Shown in pieces: positions 1-14,499 of a DNA stretch of 64,000 bases. Below the pieces are notes generated by a model. That model searched no databases, was not told the DNA's origin, and saw only the letters and a list, made by a program, of their open reading frames with translations. The position numbers and the translations under genes are program-made. The stretch's first letter is position 1; each line of letters starts with the position of its first letter. Where the stretch lies: contig OZ024740.1 of assembly GCA_964016885.1 (NCBI GenBank), positions 155,744,001 through 155,808,000 on the forward strand, written 5' to 3'. Origin of the DNA: Eledone cirrhosa. Lineage: Eukaryota.

Positions 1-33
1 AATGTTTTATTATTTGCATGTTGTTTCTTTCAG

Positions 34-197
34 TTTGGCTTTCTGAATTATGAAGTTGAAGATGGCAAGAAGCTATTCTTTCATATGACAGAAGTTCATG
101 ACAGTATTGAGCTGCAGCCTGGTGATGAAGTTGAATTTGTAGTTGTGCAAAATCAAAGAAATGCCAAATTTTCAGCTTGTAGTTTGCGTAAAATTAC
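34..197 (+). CDS. CSDE1: Cold shock domain-containing protein E1 (UNR), penultimate coding exon (last cold-shock domain)
   Basis: tttcag| acceptor, then [54 protein letters not shown], then |gtaagt donor in phase 2. RNP1/RNP2-like FGFL and LFFH motifs resemble the C-terminal CSD of CSDE1. Confidence 0.93.
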
Positions 198-729
198 GTA
201 AGTTACATTTTCTATTTTCTCTTAATACTTTTTCTATTGTTTTTCTTTTTTTCAATCCTAAGTCTGTCTGAATGAGCAAACCTATGATCAAAGGTATTTT
301 AGCCACGAATATCTTCTATCTTTTTGTATAACAGGGAGACTACAGGTATCCAATGTATACTTTATAATTTAGAGATTTGGCTACTATTTCAAGCAGGTGA
401 AGTTAGTCTTGTTGAAATCACTTATAAGTTTTTCATATTGTGAGGATTGCTTGGTAGCAGAAATGGTGAACTGGGAGATCAATTTTCTTACAATATTTCT
501 TAGTTCAAATCCTGTTGAGTTTCAACTTTGATTTTCTAACAATCTGGGGTTTGATAAAATATGTACCAATATTTGACTGAAGTGAGGAAAATCAAGAATT
601 GATGTTGCAACATTTGATAAGTGACATGCCTACTTTTTCTATTTTTCAGTTGAGGTAATTAGTGTTAAATATGAAGTATAAAATAGGCCTGTTTCAAGAA
701 TTCAAAATGGGAGGGCCATGGGAGTAGAT

Positions 730-2260
730 TCTTCAAACACACCTAGTGGGTCCCGTCATAGGCAACCGTTTCCAGTTGATCCGGCCGGATCCCTAAGTGA
801 GACCAACTGAACTCATGGATGTTATTCAATCATCTCGCTCAGGGCCTACCCCTTGGTCTCCTATCAGTTGGTTTTGCCTGTAAAATCTGTCCAGTGATTC
901 TTTCCTGAGACATTCTAACCACAAACCCATAGTATTGGAGCTGTGATCTCTCAATTCGGAGAGGTAACGGCTCTATCTGAAGTGACACTATTATCTCTGA
1001 GCTACACACTCTATCGAATACTGTTATTCCAAAGACCCTTCAGAGGTACTGCATTTCAACCACTTGTATTTGTCATCATATTCTTTCAGTCATTACCAAA
1101 GATTTGTGACCATAGGTAAGGGTTGACACGGATACCGAATTGAAGATAGCCAGTTTGGCTTTTACACATACTTCTCTTGTTCTGATGACCGAATGCTGAA
1201 GCTAGCACATTATTGCACCAGCTCCTGCAATTTTTGCACTTAATTCAGCCTTCCATCACTTGTGAACACGGCCCCCGAGATCCTTGAATATCTCCACCAG
1301 TGTAACTACACACACCTGTAAAGTGCACTGCCGGGGCTTCTTTGAAAGGACGAGTGTCTCAGTCTGATTTTCTTCCAACTGTGCAACACTCGGCATCAAA
1401 CCTATCAACCTTCTGATGAGTTAAGTAATACCATGTCGTCTGCAAATTCCAGCCGACTGATCCTACACCAGCCAGTCATGATATCACTTCCAACACGCAT
1501 GTCATGAAGACTATGAACAGGAAAGGTGACAGTACGCATCCTGGTGCAGTCCGACTCCCACATTGAATGGTTTCAATTTAGCATCATTTATCCAAACACA
1601 AATACTAATGCATTCATATGGAGACATGAAGGCAACATGAAGCTGTCCATTGATCCCATCCTTCCACATTGTGATTATTTGGTTAGTTGAGTTGTGCTGT
1701 ATCCTGGTAAAAACCACACTGTTCATCAGCTAGCTTGGACTTGACAATCTTCTTTCTTCTTACATCTCTTTGCCAGACACTTAGCATAGACTTATCAAGG
1801 AGATTCCTCTATAATTGGAGCAATCTTTCCTGTCTCTCTTTTTAAAAATTAGGATTATCACTGCCCATTGTCATTGCTTAGATGCATTTCCAATGATCTA
1901 GGGCACCCAGCACACACAAGTCACCTGAGAATATCTTCTCTATTTAAGGCTTTTAACATCTCCGGCCGAATTTCATTCTCCCCAGTGGCCTTGCCACATT
2001 TGAGCTCTTTAATTGATCTTACGACCTCAGCCCCCGAGAGATTAGTTATCATCCTCAGATACACTTTGTGTATATCAGAAGATGCTATTGTGATGGGGCT
2101 TAGGAAATAAGCAGACTATTCTCTTCATCTTGCAAGGATGCACTCTTAAAGAGAGGGGGAAGCCCAGATGCATTTCTGATAGCAGGTGTGGAGGAGTCTT
2201 ATTACAAAGTCGGTAGATGGTCTGCCAGAATACTTAATTGCTGACCTGAAGTTGGATTCC
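730..2260 (-). mobile_element. Degenerate RTE-clade LINE fragment (RT to 3' end) in the CSDE1 intron
   Basis: Minus strand encodes broken RT/C-terminal motifs (PFNVGVGLHQ, PTLTYGH). Homologous to 16860-17900 and 19450-19990. Confidence 0.75.
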
Positions 2261-2679
2261 TTCTTAACCTCAAATTCAAATCCCAGTATCCAATTTCTGT
2301 TAGTCTAACCCAACAAATATGAAGAAATAGGTGTGATGCCATTTTTTAAATGGAATAAATAAAACAATTGAAATTAGTTACTTCAGCCTGATCTGACTAT
2401 CACCATTACCATTATTATACCTGTTTTTACTATTTGCATATTTCAGACAAAATCTTTTTTCTAGTAGGTGCCAACCAATACTTCATTGTATGGCATATAC
2501 TGCTAAAATGTTTATCAAACTGCTGTGCTGCCAAACATATTTTTTATAGGCAGCATAAACAACTGTCAAGATAGGCTTTGATGTTCGTGGTGACTGGCAT
2601 GCTATGTGTGTACATATAGAATTGGCTTCCTATAGTTTCTGTCTTACTTAATTCACAAGATATTGATTGGTCTGTCTTT

Positions 2680-5600
2680 AATAATATAATAATGAAATTA
2701 TTGTGTACAGTGCTCAGGTGCACTACAACTCATCAAAGGTACATGTATAGTACATAGAATAATAAAGTGTCAGGAAAATGAACAGTGTATGAGTCATGAT
2801 ACAATAACAATAATGAAATATTGTGTACAGTGCCCAGGTGCACCACAACTCATAAAAAAAGTGCATGTACAGTACATAGGGCAATGCACAAACATCAGTA
2901 AAATGAACAGTGCACGAGTCATGATACACACGTGTGCATGTGTATGGAAGGGGTACATCAGGTGTAGTTTTGGCGTATTTCGGGAAGCATGAGTGTCTTA
3001 AAGGATGCAGTGTCTCGGCAGCTAACAATTGACGCAGGCAGTTTGTTCCATGCTTCAGCAACTCTGAGCGTGAAAAAATGTCTACGAAAGTCATGGGAGC
3101 TGTGCTGTTTTCTGATCTTGTAGGCATGTCCACGTGTGTTAGACACATGGAGATCAAAGAGGCGCTCAGGGTTGCAATTGGCGAGATGGTTAAAAACTTT
3201 GTGGGTATTCACCAAGTCCATTGCCAGACGTCGGAGCTTCAATGAATCCATGCCCGGGGAAGCAAGGCGTTCAGAGTATGGTAGGTGTCTGATGGAGGGT
3301 ATGCGCTTGGTTGCACGTCTCTGAACAGTTTCCAGGAGGTCAATGTTCTGAGCAAGATAGGGGTTCCAGACTGATGATGCGAATTCCAAGTGTGGTCGCA
3401 CCATAGCTGTATACAGTTTTAAATAGATGGCTGGAGAGCGGCTAACAAAGGTCTTGCTGAGTGATGCCAAGACACCCTCGGCCTTCTTGACAATCTTAGA
3501 GACATGCTTTGTCCAACGCAAATCGTTGCTGACAGTAATGCCCAGGTCACGTTCACAAGAGGACTTTTTGATATCAGTGTTGTGGAGGGAGTATGTGGAC
3601 GCTGGATTTTTCCTTCCAAAATGCATGGTGGTACACTTGTCCACAGTCAGCTTCAGTTGCCAGTCTGTGATCCATTGCTGCATTGTGTCCAGGTCTGATT
3701 GTAGGAAAGAGTTGTAAATTTCAGGATCAGTCCTTTTGATTTCAAGGTACAGCTTGATGTCATCTGCATATTTTAGTACCGTGGCATTCTGTAAGTTGGC
3801 ATCTATGTCATTAATATATGCCACAAACAAAACAGGACCAAGAACAGATCCCTGTGGTACACCAGATGACATCTCATATGGTGAAGAATGCTGACCCAGA
3901 ACCGTGACTACTTCTTTTCGGCTGAGAATGAAGGATTTCAACCAGTCGAAAAGATCATCCCTCACACCCATTGCAGAGAGTTTTGCCATAAGCCTTTTGT
4001 GTGGCACAGAATTAAAAGCCTTAGCAAAGTCAAGGTAAACAACATCCACCCATGAGCCGCTGTCAGTGATCCGGGTGATGTCCTCAAGGAACTCGATAAG
4101 CTGATCACAGCAGCTGGAGTTAGGGATAAATCCAAACTGTGAGGGCCGGATGAGGCTGTGAGAGCTCCAGAAGTTCCAAAGTGTTTCTCTGACACAGGAT
4201 TCCATCAGTTTGGCCATACAGCTAGTAAGACTGACTGGACGATAGTTGACAGGTGACATGCGGTTGCCCTTTTTGAACAGGGGAATGACGCTGGCAGTTT
4301 TCCACTGCTCCGGAGTAGCACCATTGTTGAGACAGTATTGAAAGAAGAAAGAAAGCTGGCGCAAAAGGAAATACCCGCCACGTTTGAGAAGCAGGTATGT
4401 CACACCATCAAGACCAGGGGAGGCATAGTTGCGCTTATTCTTAAGGTGACGTCGCAACATTGCAGGTGTAAATTCCATAGTTGTTATGGAATTTGATGTT
4501 AGAGATGTTAGAGATGGTGGAGATGGTACATTCTGGTTTTCAACAGTAAAAATACTTGCATAGCACTCAGCAATGAGTTCTGCGCATTCCTTGGGATCAT
4601 CAGTGATCTGGCTTGTGTGGCGATTGCGAAGAGGACCAACTGGAGAGTGAGGTCTCTGCTTTGAATGAACATATTTCCAGAACACCTTACTGTCAGGATT
4701 GGTTGCGATGCACTGTTCAAATTCAAGCACTGCCTTCTTTGTCACTTGCTTGAGATGGTTAGAAGATTTATTCCGCTTTTTTCTGTTGGCATCTGATTTA
4801 TGCAGTTTATATTCCCGTTCAGCGTTCCGACGTTCTTTCCTGGCAAGTCGGACCGCTGAAGTTTCTCAGATTGCACTTTTGGGGTGGTTATTTTTCCGCT
4901 TCCGTGGCACTGATGCTGCACACGCTATCCATATTGAGTCCAGGATGCTCTGGAGTATAGAGTTCACATCTCCAGAGTTATACATCTCATGCCAGTTTGG
5001 GCGCTGCAGCTCAGTGCAGTACAAGTTCCAATCCGCCCTCTTCCAATCAAAGCAAGCAGATTGGAGATGGCTCTGGTTTTTGTTGCTGCCCTCAAGTGCC
5101 AGATTGGCAATGATCATAGCATGATCAGAGTCGCCTAGAGGTTCCTCAGTAGTACAACTGATAACCACTTCAGGAGTAGTGGTGAAGATCAGGTCCAAAG
5201 TGTTGTCACCTCTTGTTGGAGAGGTGACTACTTGTGACCAGTTTGAGTCCAGCACTAGTTCAAGGAAATCGTTTGCACCTTGAGGCCAACGAAAGGTTTC
5301 CCAATCGATCTCAGGATGATTGAAGTCACCTGCAATAAACACATAAGTGGCTGTTTTCTTGGCAGCAACTCTGAGGATATCGCAAAGCTGTGTGTCCTGA
5401 TGGTAGTTTGTGGGGCGATAAACAATACCAAGCAGAAGTGTTGACATGGTCATACGTATGTCACAGAAAAAAATTTCTTCCTGTGATTCGTTCAAATCAA
5501 CGCAAGGAATTACCGAAAAGTTTGAACGAACGTAGACCATCACACCACCACCACGGCGGTTAATGCGGTCCTTGCGGAAAAGGTTGTACCCAGTAATGCT

Positions 5601-5780
5601 GAAAACCCCATCACAGAGTAAGGAATGTGCCCATGTTTCCGTGACTGTGATGAAGTCAGGGTCGATTGTTCTGACGTAGGATTCGAACAGATGTATCTTG
5701 TTGCATAAACTGCGAGCATTTAAGGACAACAATTTGTACCCTGCTCGCAGTTTATGATGGTGTGTAGAGGGTGGCAGGTT
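2680..5780 (-). mobile_element. 5'-truncated CR1/L2-group LINE with APE endonuclease + reverse transcriptase ORF2, disrupted by one in-frame TGA
   Basis: ORF 4866-5732 is APE (LNARSL, ITETW, AGDFN, TLDLIF, SDH). ORF 2958-4745 is RT (NYRPVSLTS, YLDFAKAF, GVPQGSVLGP, KYADD, RPHLEFAS, NTRGH). Both are in the same frame, separated by TGA at 4866-4868. Confidence 0.93.
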
Positions 5781-5783
5781 GTT

Positions 5784-5835
5784 CTGGTTTAGTTTCCCAT
5801 CTGGTTTAGTTTCCCATCTGGTTTAGTTTCCTATC
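5784..5835. repeat. Short tandem repeat (ctggtttagtttcccat x3) at the LINE 5' junction
   Basis: Three consecutive 17-nt copies read directly. Confidence 0.8.
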
Positions 5836-6548
5836 TCTATAGATATCTACACCCATATTTCTCACTCTCTCTCTCTCTGTATGTATGTATATATCCATCT
5901 ACACCCACACTCAGTAATACAACATTTTTAATTATTACTGCAGTAAGTCATCTCAGAGTAGTAATACAGAATATTACATAAATATTGTATCGACATATTT
6001 TACATTTGTTATACACATTGGGACCTGTCCTTACAGATTTACTTCTAATTATTCCTGCATATTGTAAAGGTGATTAAAAATGTTTGGTGTCAAAAACAGC
6101 ATCCGGTTGTAAAACATTGCATCAAAAAGAACTTCTAGATATGTATAAAGCTTGTTATGGAGCCTGCAAGGCTAATCCATGCTTTAGCATTCAAAATGGC
6201 CTTTACCCATATCACATTTCTAATAAAGTACTCTGTTGATGTTTAATTTTATATTGAAAATAATAAAAAAATTTAGAGGAATTTAGTAACTTTACTTAAC
6301 ATTTTCCTTATTTAACCGATTACTTAACAAGTTCTTGTGTAAAATTATAGAAGTTTTGAATTCAAATATGGACACTTTAAAATAAATAGTTTTGTATTAT
6401 CAAACTAGGGGTGGTTTCATGTGGGTTGGCACCAAAAGGGTTAAAACGCTTGTTGTCTTCTATTTAGAATTTCTGAGGTATTTGAAATTGTGTTATGAAT
6501 GTCATTTAATGTACACCAATAATTAAGAAATTATTTTCTTTTATTTAG

Positions 6549-6699
6549 TGATACACGACGCCCAGATCGCCTATTAAATCGACTAAAGAGTTTTACTGAA
6601 GAGACCGGCCCTCGTATTATCCTAATTCGACCACCGAGAGGTCCAGATGGCACCAAAGGTTTTGCCCATGTCAGGACAGCTGTAAAAATACTAGAATAA
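6549..6699 (+). CDS. CSDE1: CSDE1 terminal coding exon (SUZ-C motif)
   Basis: ttatttag| acceptor with phase compatible with exon 34-197 (ac+t = Thr). Encodes DTRRPDRLLNRLKSFTEETGPRIILIRPPRGPDGTKGFAHVRTAVKILE*, ending TAA TAG. RPDRL.NRLK and PRGPD..GF are CSDE1 C-terminal hallmarks. Confidence 0.93.
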
Positions 6700-7425
6700 T
6701 AGTCCTATGACCACCACAGCCTGCTGTTCTTTAGATTTCTCTCTCAATGTTTTTTTTCTTCTTCTTCTCCTCTCTCTCGCTCTGTCTATTTGTCTACATA
6801 TCTACAATTGCTCATTCTAATTTAAAAGTTTCCACTCTGAAGTTCCAGCTACATATTTACTGATCATATATATATCTATATATATATATATGAAGCAGTG
6901 GTGATTCATCTGAAGAGATAATTAATTAGATATTAATTGGTTATTTACTAATCACATACAGATTTGCCTTTTTTTCCTTCCATATTAAGACATATAAAAC
7001 ATTAACATTAATTTATTTGGTTAAACTGTACAAAGTGTTCCAAGATATTTGTTTGGTTGCTCTACTGATTATTGAACTATGGATTTTTTTATGGTTCATA
7101 TCTTTTCTTTATTTCTCTACAGAAAAAAAAAACCAAAATGAAAAAAAAAAATACAACAAAAAGCAAAACTAAAATTCATTATTTATCTTTTTCCTTCTTA
7201 AGAAGAAAAAAAAACAAAAACACCAAAAACAAATTACATCTCTTATCTTTTTAATTAAGAAAATAAGAAAAGTAAATAAAAAAATGTAACATTTACTTTG
7301 TGAAGATCTTTTTTTAATTCACTTGAATATGCTGGAATTTCAGAAGTTATCTATATCTATCTTTGTGTGTGTGTGTGTGTGTGTGTATGTGTGTGTGTGT
7401 GTGTGTTTATATATATATATATATA

Positions 7426-7458
<33 letters not shown>

Positions 7459-8337
7459 GTTTGTGTGTATACTTGTGCATATGTTAACACATGCATATAT
7501 ATGTATATCTTCCTCAGAAGATATACATATATATGCATGATTAATACACATATTCATATTTATAGATATATTTACACACACACACACACACACACACCCT
7601 TTTCCCTGACACCCCTGTCTTCTTTCACAAAGTCTATTCACACTCATGAGCACAATTTCATACATGCACATTCTCTCCCCCCTCTCTCTCCTTATCTCTC
7701 TTTCCCCTTTCAATTTAGTTTTCAAGTTATGTTTACCTCTATATCTCTGCTTTCTCTTTCTTTCACTTCTCTTGAGTTTCATCTGTCTCATAATATATAT
7801 TTATTTCTGCCTTAGTGTGACATTCCTTTGTAGACAGTTATCTGTTTGTGTGTCATGATTATTCTTCAAACTATGGTCTTTCCATAAACATAGCATGGAA
7901 GTTGTAGCTTTTAAGCATTACTATTCTCTCCATCCTGCTCTTCTGCACCCTCCTTTTTTTTTAAACTCCCCACTACATTACCCTAAAAACAAACAAAAAA
8001 AAAACTATGAAATGTTTTTAAAAAGCCCCACAAAAAAAATTGAAAAAACTTAAAAAAATTTGTTTAAAAAAAAAGATGAAAAATCCCATAAAAATTTTTC
8101 TTAAAGCTAAAAGAAATAAATTAACACCCCTTCTCATTTCCAGCCCTCCTCCCATGAATGCTTTCAAAATGATTTAAGAAAAAAAAAATTTTTTTTAAAG
8201 AAATTATTTAATGCCTTGATTATTATGGATTGTTAAGTGTCTATTAGTTCTATAATAAGATTAAAGCTAAATTAGTGTAACATTATGAAAAAATTCTGTA
8301 TCCTACATTGCCCCCAGTCAAGGCAAAGCTATGTCCT

Positions 8338-8462
<125 letters not shown>

Positions 8463-8561
8463 ATGTTTACTTTTGTGTCAGGTTTTTCTCTCTTCTTTTT
8501 CAGACAAAGAATCCTTTCATCTTATATCGGATGTGATTACTTAATTAAACTGTAGCCTTTA

Positions 8562-8633
<72 letters not shown>

Positions 8634-8887
8634 TGTCATGACCACCTGACTGACCATCAAGTGAAAAATAATTGGCCTAGTTCCTAATTAGCATGCTGTT
8701 TGGGTCTTATTGGACTAGATTTTTAGTGGCTGATTATTTCTTTTAACTGATCTTAGGGCAAATTTATTGGTCTCTAGTAAATATGTAAGTAAATGTTTGT
8801 CTCCGACTGACCAGTTTTGAGTGATTATTTGTAATACAGTGAAAAATTTATGATCTGGCTGGTTAGTATTGGATATAGATTTGATTA

Positions 8888-9100
8888 GGTGGCAAATTAG
8901 CAGAATTGGTTCAGCATCATATTACAGTATTCTGGCTCTCTGTGTTCTGAATTCTGATCATATCCTGCTGAGATCAACCTCACCTTTCATCCTTTTGGGG
9001 TTCGTAAAGCACCAGTCCAGTGTTGGACCAGATGCCTTGCAGTATTTGTTCCAGCTGTTTACATTCTGAGTTCAAATCACACCTTGGCCTACTTTGAGTG
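8888..9100 (+). mobile_element. tRNA-derived SINE with MetaSINE-like central domain (partly duplicated)
   Basis: ggcaaattagcagaat head, ttctgagttcaaat B-box-like motif, cctttcatccttttggggt..taaag.accag body. Related copies at ~455-600, 12280-12480, 13150-13295, 14500-14680, 14695-14900, 18850-19040, 40388-40478. Confidence 0.7.
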
Positions 9101-12021
9101 GTAGACTTAATCTGTCTCCCGCTTTAACATCACCTACTGGCCCTTGGGTGCTTTTAGCAGAGTTTACTGTTGCAAACATTTGAGTCAGGTGTCTAGTTTG
9201 AAGAAACCTTCCTTCCCACCTGTCTTGGAGGCCTTTAAAAGGGTTATAGTCACTGCCCTTCCTTCAGACTAAGCAATAAAAAACAAAACGAAACAAAACA
9301 AAATAGCTCTAACTATTTTGTTCTTTATGACTGATCACTTATAGCTAAATTGTTGGCCTACCTCTGTTCAAGTGACGTTTGAGCCTATCATGGCATTTGT
9401 CAGTGTCTACTTTTTGAAATGTTTTTCCTCAAAGGTTAGCTATGAGAAGTGAGCTATGTTGTAAACTTCCATACTATAGTAATATAATAATATAAAACCT
9501 CTCTCTTCTCTCTATTTTCTTAGTGGTTCAGCTGACATTATGACAAATTTACTGCAGCCTTATTATCATCACAATTAGATTTAACCCAGTAGTTCCCAAC
9601 CTTTTCACTACCAAGGACTCTTGTTTATTTAAATGAGTTTTCCTCACAGAACTGACCACCTGGTTGTAGAAAGGTCTGTCTATGTAATAAGCTCATAGAC
9701 CCTAGTACTACTTTTGTGGTTCTTCAGGAGTCCATGAACTACAGGTTGGGACCCACTGGATAAACCTATAGTTTTCGTATTTTAATATCAATTTTTCTTT
9801 TATTATTGTATTACTTAGTTCAAATGAAAATTTAAAGAACACTCCACCTCCCCTAATTTCTCTTAATTTTTTTTTTGAGATTTTTTCTGCTTGATACATT
9901 TTTTCTTTTTTTTTTTTGCGAAAGAAATCAAGTAATTTTCTGTTATTTTTTTTTTATTTTTGTCTGTGCTAATGACAATTTGATTCTTTCTGTTTTTCGT
10001 TAAAAAAAAATTGGAAAAAAAATGAAATAAAAAATAATTAAAAAAAGATTTTAAAAGTAAAATTGAAAATAAAAACCTTACAAAAAAAATATCCCACCTC
10101 TGTTTAAAAAAAGTCTACAATGAACTTCATAAAAAAAAAACTACAAACTACCCAATTTCTGTTTAATAAAAACAACCTACATTGAAGAGAACTCCATAAA
10201 AAAACAAAAAAAAAATAAAAATGAGAACTCCTCCATAACAAAAAAAAAACTTATAAAAAAAGAAAACAAATCTCCATAAAAAAAGGGGCAGCCAAACCCC
10301 ACCAACAAAAACAATAAAACAAAAACCCCAAACCAAAGCATAACTCCATTTGTGATTCTTGCTAAAACTTTTATGCTACTCAGAAAAAAAAAGTTTAAGT
10401 AAAGCAATAGCCTCCATACAACCATAAAAAACATTAAAAAAAATACTCTACTGCTGACATGATATATCTTCTCTTCCCTGTTTTTCTTGATAAAAAATAG
10501 CAAACAAAAAAAAAAAAGATTCAATTATATTAATAATTAAGTTTGTGTTTTTCTTCTTCAATGTTCTTTGGCAAAAAAAAAAAAATAATGGAGAAAAAAA
10601 TTGAATGCCATTGCTGTTGTCAGTGAGTTACTGAGGAATGACAATACCAGCCAACCAACCTGGTTGATGGTTCTTCACTTTATCTCCTGCAGTGGCATCT
10701 ATGGCTTTAAAACCTAGACACACATCTCAAGGCAACCAGGAGATGCAATTATTAACTTTCAGTGACTCTGTCTCTCTATCTTTATGTGAAAGATTAAATA
10801 CCATCAGTCTATGGTGGTAGCGTATGTACTATCTAGATGTCTGTTTATCTATAATTTATAAAAGAGTACCCCCATAGTATGGTGGTAGTGTGTGTATTCT
10901 ATAATGAATACCTCCATATGGTGTTAGCCTGTGTACCATCTGCCAGTAATAGATGAGTACCACAATATGGCGGTAACATGTGTATCAGCCATTCAACTCG
11001 TGCTGCTGTAAGCAGTGGGAGCACTGGGAAATTGCAGAGCCATTTGTTAGTTTGCTGTACTCAGTTCTCTATGCATGTAGATCACATGCATAATCACTCT
11101 TATGCTTATATATGTATATATGTATATGTGTGTGTATATAGAGAGGTGGGCTCTGCGAAACTGACTGACTTGCTCTAAGATATAACTGCATGAAGATAAG
11201 TCTTCAAGCAATTCCTCCATAATCCAACATGGGTTATGGATCTCATTGTTCTTCAAAGAACTGACTCGTGGAAAAAAAAAAAAAAAATACATAACTAAAA
11301 CTAAGCATTGAACAAAACAAAGAAAATATATATGATGAGGTACAATAATAGACACTTGTAAATTTAGAAAACTTTCTTTTGCATGTGATGTCAAGGGTTT
11401 TTTTCTTTTGGGGGTGGGCAGACTATTTCTTTATCTTAGATGTGTTGTTGGTTTCACATTTCAGTTGGTGTATTCAAGTGATATTTCCTAGCTGGTTTAG
11501 GGATTGAAGCTGGAATCAATTTATTTCAACATCTTTTGTTGTTTCTAATTACCACTAGCATGTGTCTGAGGAAAGAAAAAACCTTAGCCCTGCACCTGAA
11601 TAAGATTGTTCTAGGTTCAATCCCCATCTTAATGCAGGAATTGGAGAGAAGACTGATTGAAATATTTGTGTCGACAACACATCTCAGATGAGGAAAATTA
11701 GTTTGAAAAAAAAAAAAGCACAGACATCACTATAAAATCATTTCATAATAAAATGTGTGTGTATATGTATATATGTATATACATACAGAGACATTCTTTT
11801 GTATGTTTTTTTGAAGTGTTTGCTGATATAATTTGGTGAGCCAAATTTTTCTCAATTTTCTCATGCTTCGCTTCTTTAAACTGGTATACCCACTCTCCTT
11901 CCATGAATATCCCCACTATTGCTCATTCTTGGGCCTCATTGCTGAATTTCCATTTTTCTTGAAGTTTGGTAATTTATCCTTTTTTTCTGGAGGGGAGATG
12001 GTAATTTTTTTCTTCCTCTTG

Positions 12022-12052
<31 letters not shown>

Positions 12053-13149
12053 GTTGTAAATTCTATAAAAAAAATTAATTTCCATATTTTTTTCTTGTTT
12101 CACAAACATATTTCCAGTTCGTACAAGAATATTACACAAAATGTGTGTGTGTGAGTATATATTTAGTATGTTGGTTATAATGAATGGGAGATAATACTCA
12201 ATACAATTTGCATACATACAAGAATGTGAAAATGTCTGCATGTAAGTGTATGTATGTATGTATGTATGTATGTATATCTGAAAGGAATAATGTAATCAGT
12301 GCGTTGAAACAAAAATACCTTGTGTTATTTGGTTCCGCCCTGTTTATATCTCTTTATGCCTAAGATGACTTTGCATTTTCCCTTACAAAGTTGATAAAAA
12401 GAATAACAAATTACTGTGGCTGATATAATTGCCTAAAACCTTTAAAGCAGTGCCTCATTATAGCCACAATCCAATAACTGAAATTAGTCAAATATATATA
12501 TATATAAAATCCATGTACAATTTTATATTTGTATAACTTTATATATGATAGAATTTATCCGGACAAAAAAAAATTAAGTGAAAGAATTTAGTTTATTTTT
12601 TAAAATAGATTTATAATTAGGATTGTTAATTTTCAAAATGTTCACTATCATGTGATTGGATTCTGTCGCAGATGGTTTTCACTTATACCCTGAATCACAT
12701 TAGTTATCCTAGCATGAGCCTGGTTTAGTTGAATAAACATTAATCTTTTTATTATTAGTTTTGTTTCTATTGAAGACATTAAAATTGATGCAAAAGGCTT
12801 CTTATAAATGTTAACACTATCATAGAACTAAAGTTATAAAAATTTTTAATTAAAAATTGTATATATATATATATACTTTGTATATGCTGTTTCTGTTTAT
12901 TGTATGGTACAAGAATAAATGATTAATTCACTCCTTGTATGAGTGCTGAGCCTGATATATGTGTGTTATATATATATAAGGAAAATAAGATTACATTCCT
13001 GGACCTCTGTAAAACATGTTTTTCCTTCTTAATCCACTGATATACACAGTTGACCAAAAGGCTGATTGACTGAAACCTTATGTCCAGATCATATGTATTC
13101 CTGTTTCCCTTAAATATGACTAACATTTACATTAACATACAAACATATA

Positions 13150-13295
13150 GGTGGCAAATTAGCAGAGTAGTTAGGTCTGATAGAATGATTTCTGGTGTTC
13201 ATTCCAGCTCTGAGTTCAAAGCCCACTAAGGTCAACTTTCCTTTTCATCCATTTTGGGGTTGATAAAAAATGTACCAGTCCAATTCTGGGGTCTA
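13150..13295 (+). mobile_element. MetaSINE-like SINE copy
   Basis: ggtggcaaattagcagag...ctgagttcaaa...cttttcatccattttggggttgataaaaaatgtaccagtc. Confidence 0.7.
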
Positions 13296-14499
13296 TTCTT
13301 CCTTTATATTTCTTTCTCATTTCCTCTGAATCACTCTCTTTCTCGCTGAAGGAAATTGGCTGTATTCAGACCTGGAGAGGGAATGGGTTCCACCAAATTT
13401 CATTAATGCCCATGACATGTTGTATGTCACTAAGGTGTCCTTATGACTCTTCCAAGAGTTATGTATTCATACATACATATTCCCTAATATTCTTGTTTGT
13501 GAGAACAAAAGTTACAGATACAAAGTACTCAATACTTCATAGAGTAGAGTGTGGTGTTTGACAACATTATAGCAGCACATTCTACTCTAGGTTCAATCCC
13601 TGGCTTTAGCCCAGAAATGCATACATATAAAGAATGTAGAAATGTTTCTGTTTGTGTGTATGTATGTGTATACAAATTACCCAAATCACCTCTGGAAGCG
13701 AAAGAGTAAACTGAATTCATTATATAAAAGAAAACAAAATTGAAATGAAATGAAAGAATATATTATGTATTATATACTGCTGTGAATTTTATTACATTCA
13801 TTGCCATTGTTTATTTTTAAGAATTTTTTTTTTGTTTTTGTTTTACTTAAAAAAAATACAACTGGGAAATCTTGTCTGTACCTCCTTTGAAAGAATTATT
13901 AGACCAGCATCCTTCTTATTTAAGGTGTGTAGCCTAGTGGTTAGGGTGTTAGCTAAGTTCATGGGTTCTATCTTTGGACAGGGCATCATGTATCATATGG
14001 CTTCAGTCTGCTCAACTGGAAAACATGAGTAGCACCACTTGGTATGAAGAAGTGAACCTTGTACCAACCGGCTCCCTCATCTCTAAAGAGTAATTGTGTA
14101 CTCTGCTTAATGCCACATGGAACTGCAATAAGCTGCAGTTGAGGAGCCTCGGGTTCAAGGAAAACTTTAACTTCAATCATTGTTATTGTTTCCACTTAAG
14201 TACTTACACTTTCTTTCCTCTGACGATAAAGCGAGATCAATCTTTGATCTTTTATTATTTATTTTTTTTTTTTCCAACTGCTCATTTTTTACTACCAGTC
14301 TTTTTATAACTTTTGTTATGCCCCCTCCTTTTTAACAAAAGTATAGCCTCTCTTAAATTATATATAATAAGGAAGGTAAATACATGCCGAGATAAACTCC
14401 AATCCAGTTTCTATTCCATTCCTCGCCTGGTTGGAGCTATTTCCCTGTTGTTGTACTGTTAATATCCCCTAGCAAAAAGCTGCTTCTCTTTTGTAAGAT

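Noticed and set aside
4866-4868. In-frame TGA read as selenocysteine, programmed readthrough or an alternative genetic code
   Set aside because: The position corresponds to Trp, so a single TGG-to-TGA mutation explains it. No SECIS was seen.
6697-6760. Stop-codon readthrough extension of CSDE1
   Set aside because: The tandem TAA TAG stop argues against readthrough.
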